DNA of 64,000 nucleotides. Origin: Bacteroidales bacterium. GTDB lineage: Bacteria; Bacteroidota; Bacteroidia; Bacteroidales; UBA10428. Positions 63,075-64,000 of the stretch are shown here, one piece after another (position 1 is the stretch's first letter; each line of letters starts with the position of its first letter). The position numbers and the translations under genes were made by a program. The stretch spans positions 3,558 through 67,557 of the forward strand of contig JAFGQZ010000053.1 in assembly GCA_016935435.1 (NCBI GenBank), written 5' to 3'. The notes beneath the pieces were generated by a model. The model had not been told where the DNA came from and did no database searches. It saw only the letters and a program-made list of their open reading frames with translations.

Positions 63075-64000
63075 TTACTTTAATAATACCATATTCCCTG
63101 CAATTGTTTGATTACCATTATCTAATTTATAAATATACATGCCCGATTTGCAGTGGTATGTTTCAGGATTAAAAGTTATTTTATATTTACCCGGCTGTTG
63201 TATTTCGTTTATAAGTACAGCAATTTCGTTGCCAACTACATCATAAATTTTTAATGAAACGGGATTTGTTTTAGAAAGTGTGTATTCTATGAACGTATAA
63301 TCCTCAAAAGGATTTGGATAATTATATATCGCACAATTGGTTGAATGGATTGTGTTTTTGTCATTTATACTTGTCTCAATCCCATAATTATCGCGGTAGG
63401 TTTTCCACATTTCATAAGTAAACGGGGTTAATGCCTGCTCAGGGAGATCGCTGGCACTATTAAGATAGCCGTCAGCAAGGTTTTTATTCCACCATCGGTC
63501 GTAATACTCGAAGAATAAATCGTTTTGCCAATTTGTTTTTAATCCTAAAATATATGCCGAAAGTACATGTCCAAGAACTGCTGTTGCATTTATATGTCTG
63601 TAACCGGCATTCCAGTATGAGTTATCGCGGTTTGTTTCACCTATGGGTCCGCTATGTTCAATTCCCCATTCAGGCATGCCAATCATATCCTGGGTATATT
63701 GTTCAACGATGGGATCTCCCGACCGACCTATTTTAGTCTCATCAACATCGGACTGTGCAACATAAAACAAATTGAGGTCTTCCTGAAATACAGGGTTGAA
63801 GTTTCCAACAGCAATAGAAGGATTCCAAACGCCAATATTAAGCATATCATTATTTCCTAATACTTTACCCGCTAAAACTATTGGGAGTTTGCGCCCCATA
63901 TTGTGACCTCCGTTTGGAGGCCAGTTGCCTGAGGCTAATTCTGCACCAAGCTGCATCACCCGATAATTATCAATGCCGAGCTGCACAATATAAATGAGCA
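63075..64000 (-). CDS. secreted protein with T9SS type A C-terminal sorting domain (C-terminal part; gene continues past the right edge)
   Basis: The frame stays open upstream of the ORF-track start (63986) to the window end. The last ~85 aa, YNYPNPFEDYTFIEYTLSK..LKIYDVVGNEIAVLINE..GKYKITF..SGMYIYKL..GNMVLLK, fit the Por_Secre_tail pattern. The catalytic region is unassigned. Confidence 0.7.
   Translation of the reverse strand, partial: LIYIVQLGIDNYRVMQLGAELASGNWPPNGGHNMGRKLPIVLAGKVLGNNDMLNIGVWNPSIAVGNFNPVFQEDLNLFYVAQSDVDETKIGRSGDPIVEQYTQDMIGMPEWGIEHSGPIGETNRDNSYWNAGYRHINATAVLGHVLSAYILGLKTNWQNDLFFEYYDRWWNKNLADGYLNSASDLPEQALTPFTYEMWKTYRDNYGIETSINDKNTIHSTNCAIYNYPNPFEDYTFIEYTLSKTNPVSLKIYDVVGNEIAVLINEIQQPGKYKITFNPETYHCKSGMYIYKLDNGNQTIAGNMVLLK

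Noticed and set aside
1-64000. A window-wide scan for CRISPR arrays, rRNA, tRNA, integrases, restriction-modification systems, toxin-antitoxin pairs or other defence-system signatures.
   Set aside because: I found no regularly spaced direct repeats, no rRNA- or tRNA-like sequences, and no Cas, integrase, reverse-transcriptase, methylase-nuclease or toxin motifs. The eye-scan cannot exclude short ncRNAs. Running tRNAscan-SE, Infernal/Rfam and a defence-system HMM set would settle this.

Overview
The window looks like a Bacteroidota chromosomal segment. Evidence: a PorP/SprF gene, type A and type B T9SS C-terminal sorting domains, a GT3 glycogen synthase, tandem parvulin chaperones, and no Shine-Dalgarno-like leaders. 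Positions 474-26700 form one 27-gene, single-strand (minus) glycan-assembly locus. It holds 12 glycosyltransferases, 5 SAM methyltransferases, 3 hexapeptide acetyltransferases, a DegT-type aminotransferase, a CapK-like adenylating enzyme, DUF354, a polytopic membrane protein and the Wzm/Wzt ABC exporter. The locus is headed by a wHTH-nucleotidyltransferase-fold regulator and faces a divergent wzc (BY-kinase) and wza pair at 27014-30168. Positions 30-64 kb are mostly housekeeping genes. These include GT3 glycogen synthase, PepD, Nnr, PduO-type adenosyltransferase, an OstA-like/SurA/parvulin envelope-chaperone cluster, RecQ-DUF5063-exonuclease-RlmI, oligopeptidase B, RNA methyltransferases, Tex, YaaA, an aldo/keto reductase and a DUF218 protein. 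Small accessory insertions interrupt this region. They are a solitary RAYT/IS200-like Y1 transposase with hairpin repeats inside its own ORF, a decayed Bro-N-like gene remnant beside it, a T9SS type B cargo plus PorP pair, and an AT-rich islet with an orphan lipoprotein next to a T9SS type A cargo. I saw no rRNA, tRNA or CRISPR array by eye. All functional calls rest on motifs read from the supplied translations and on recalled family signatures. No database search was run.
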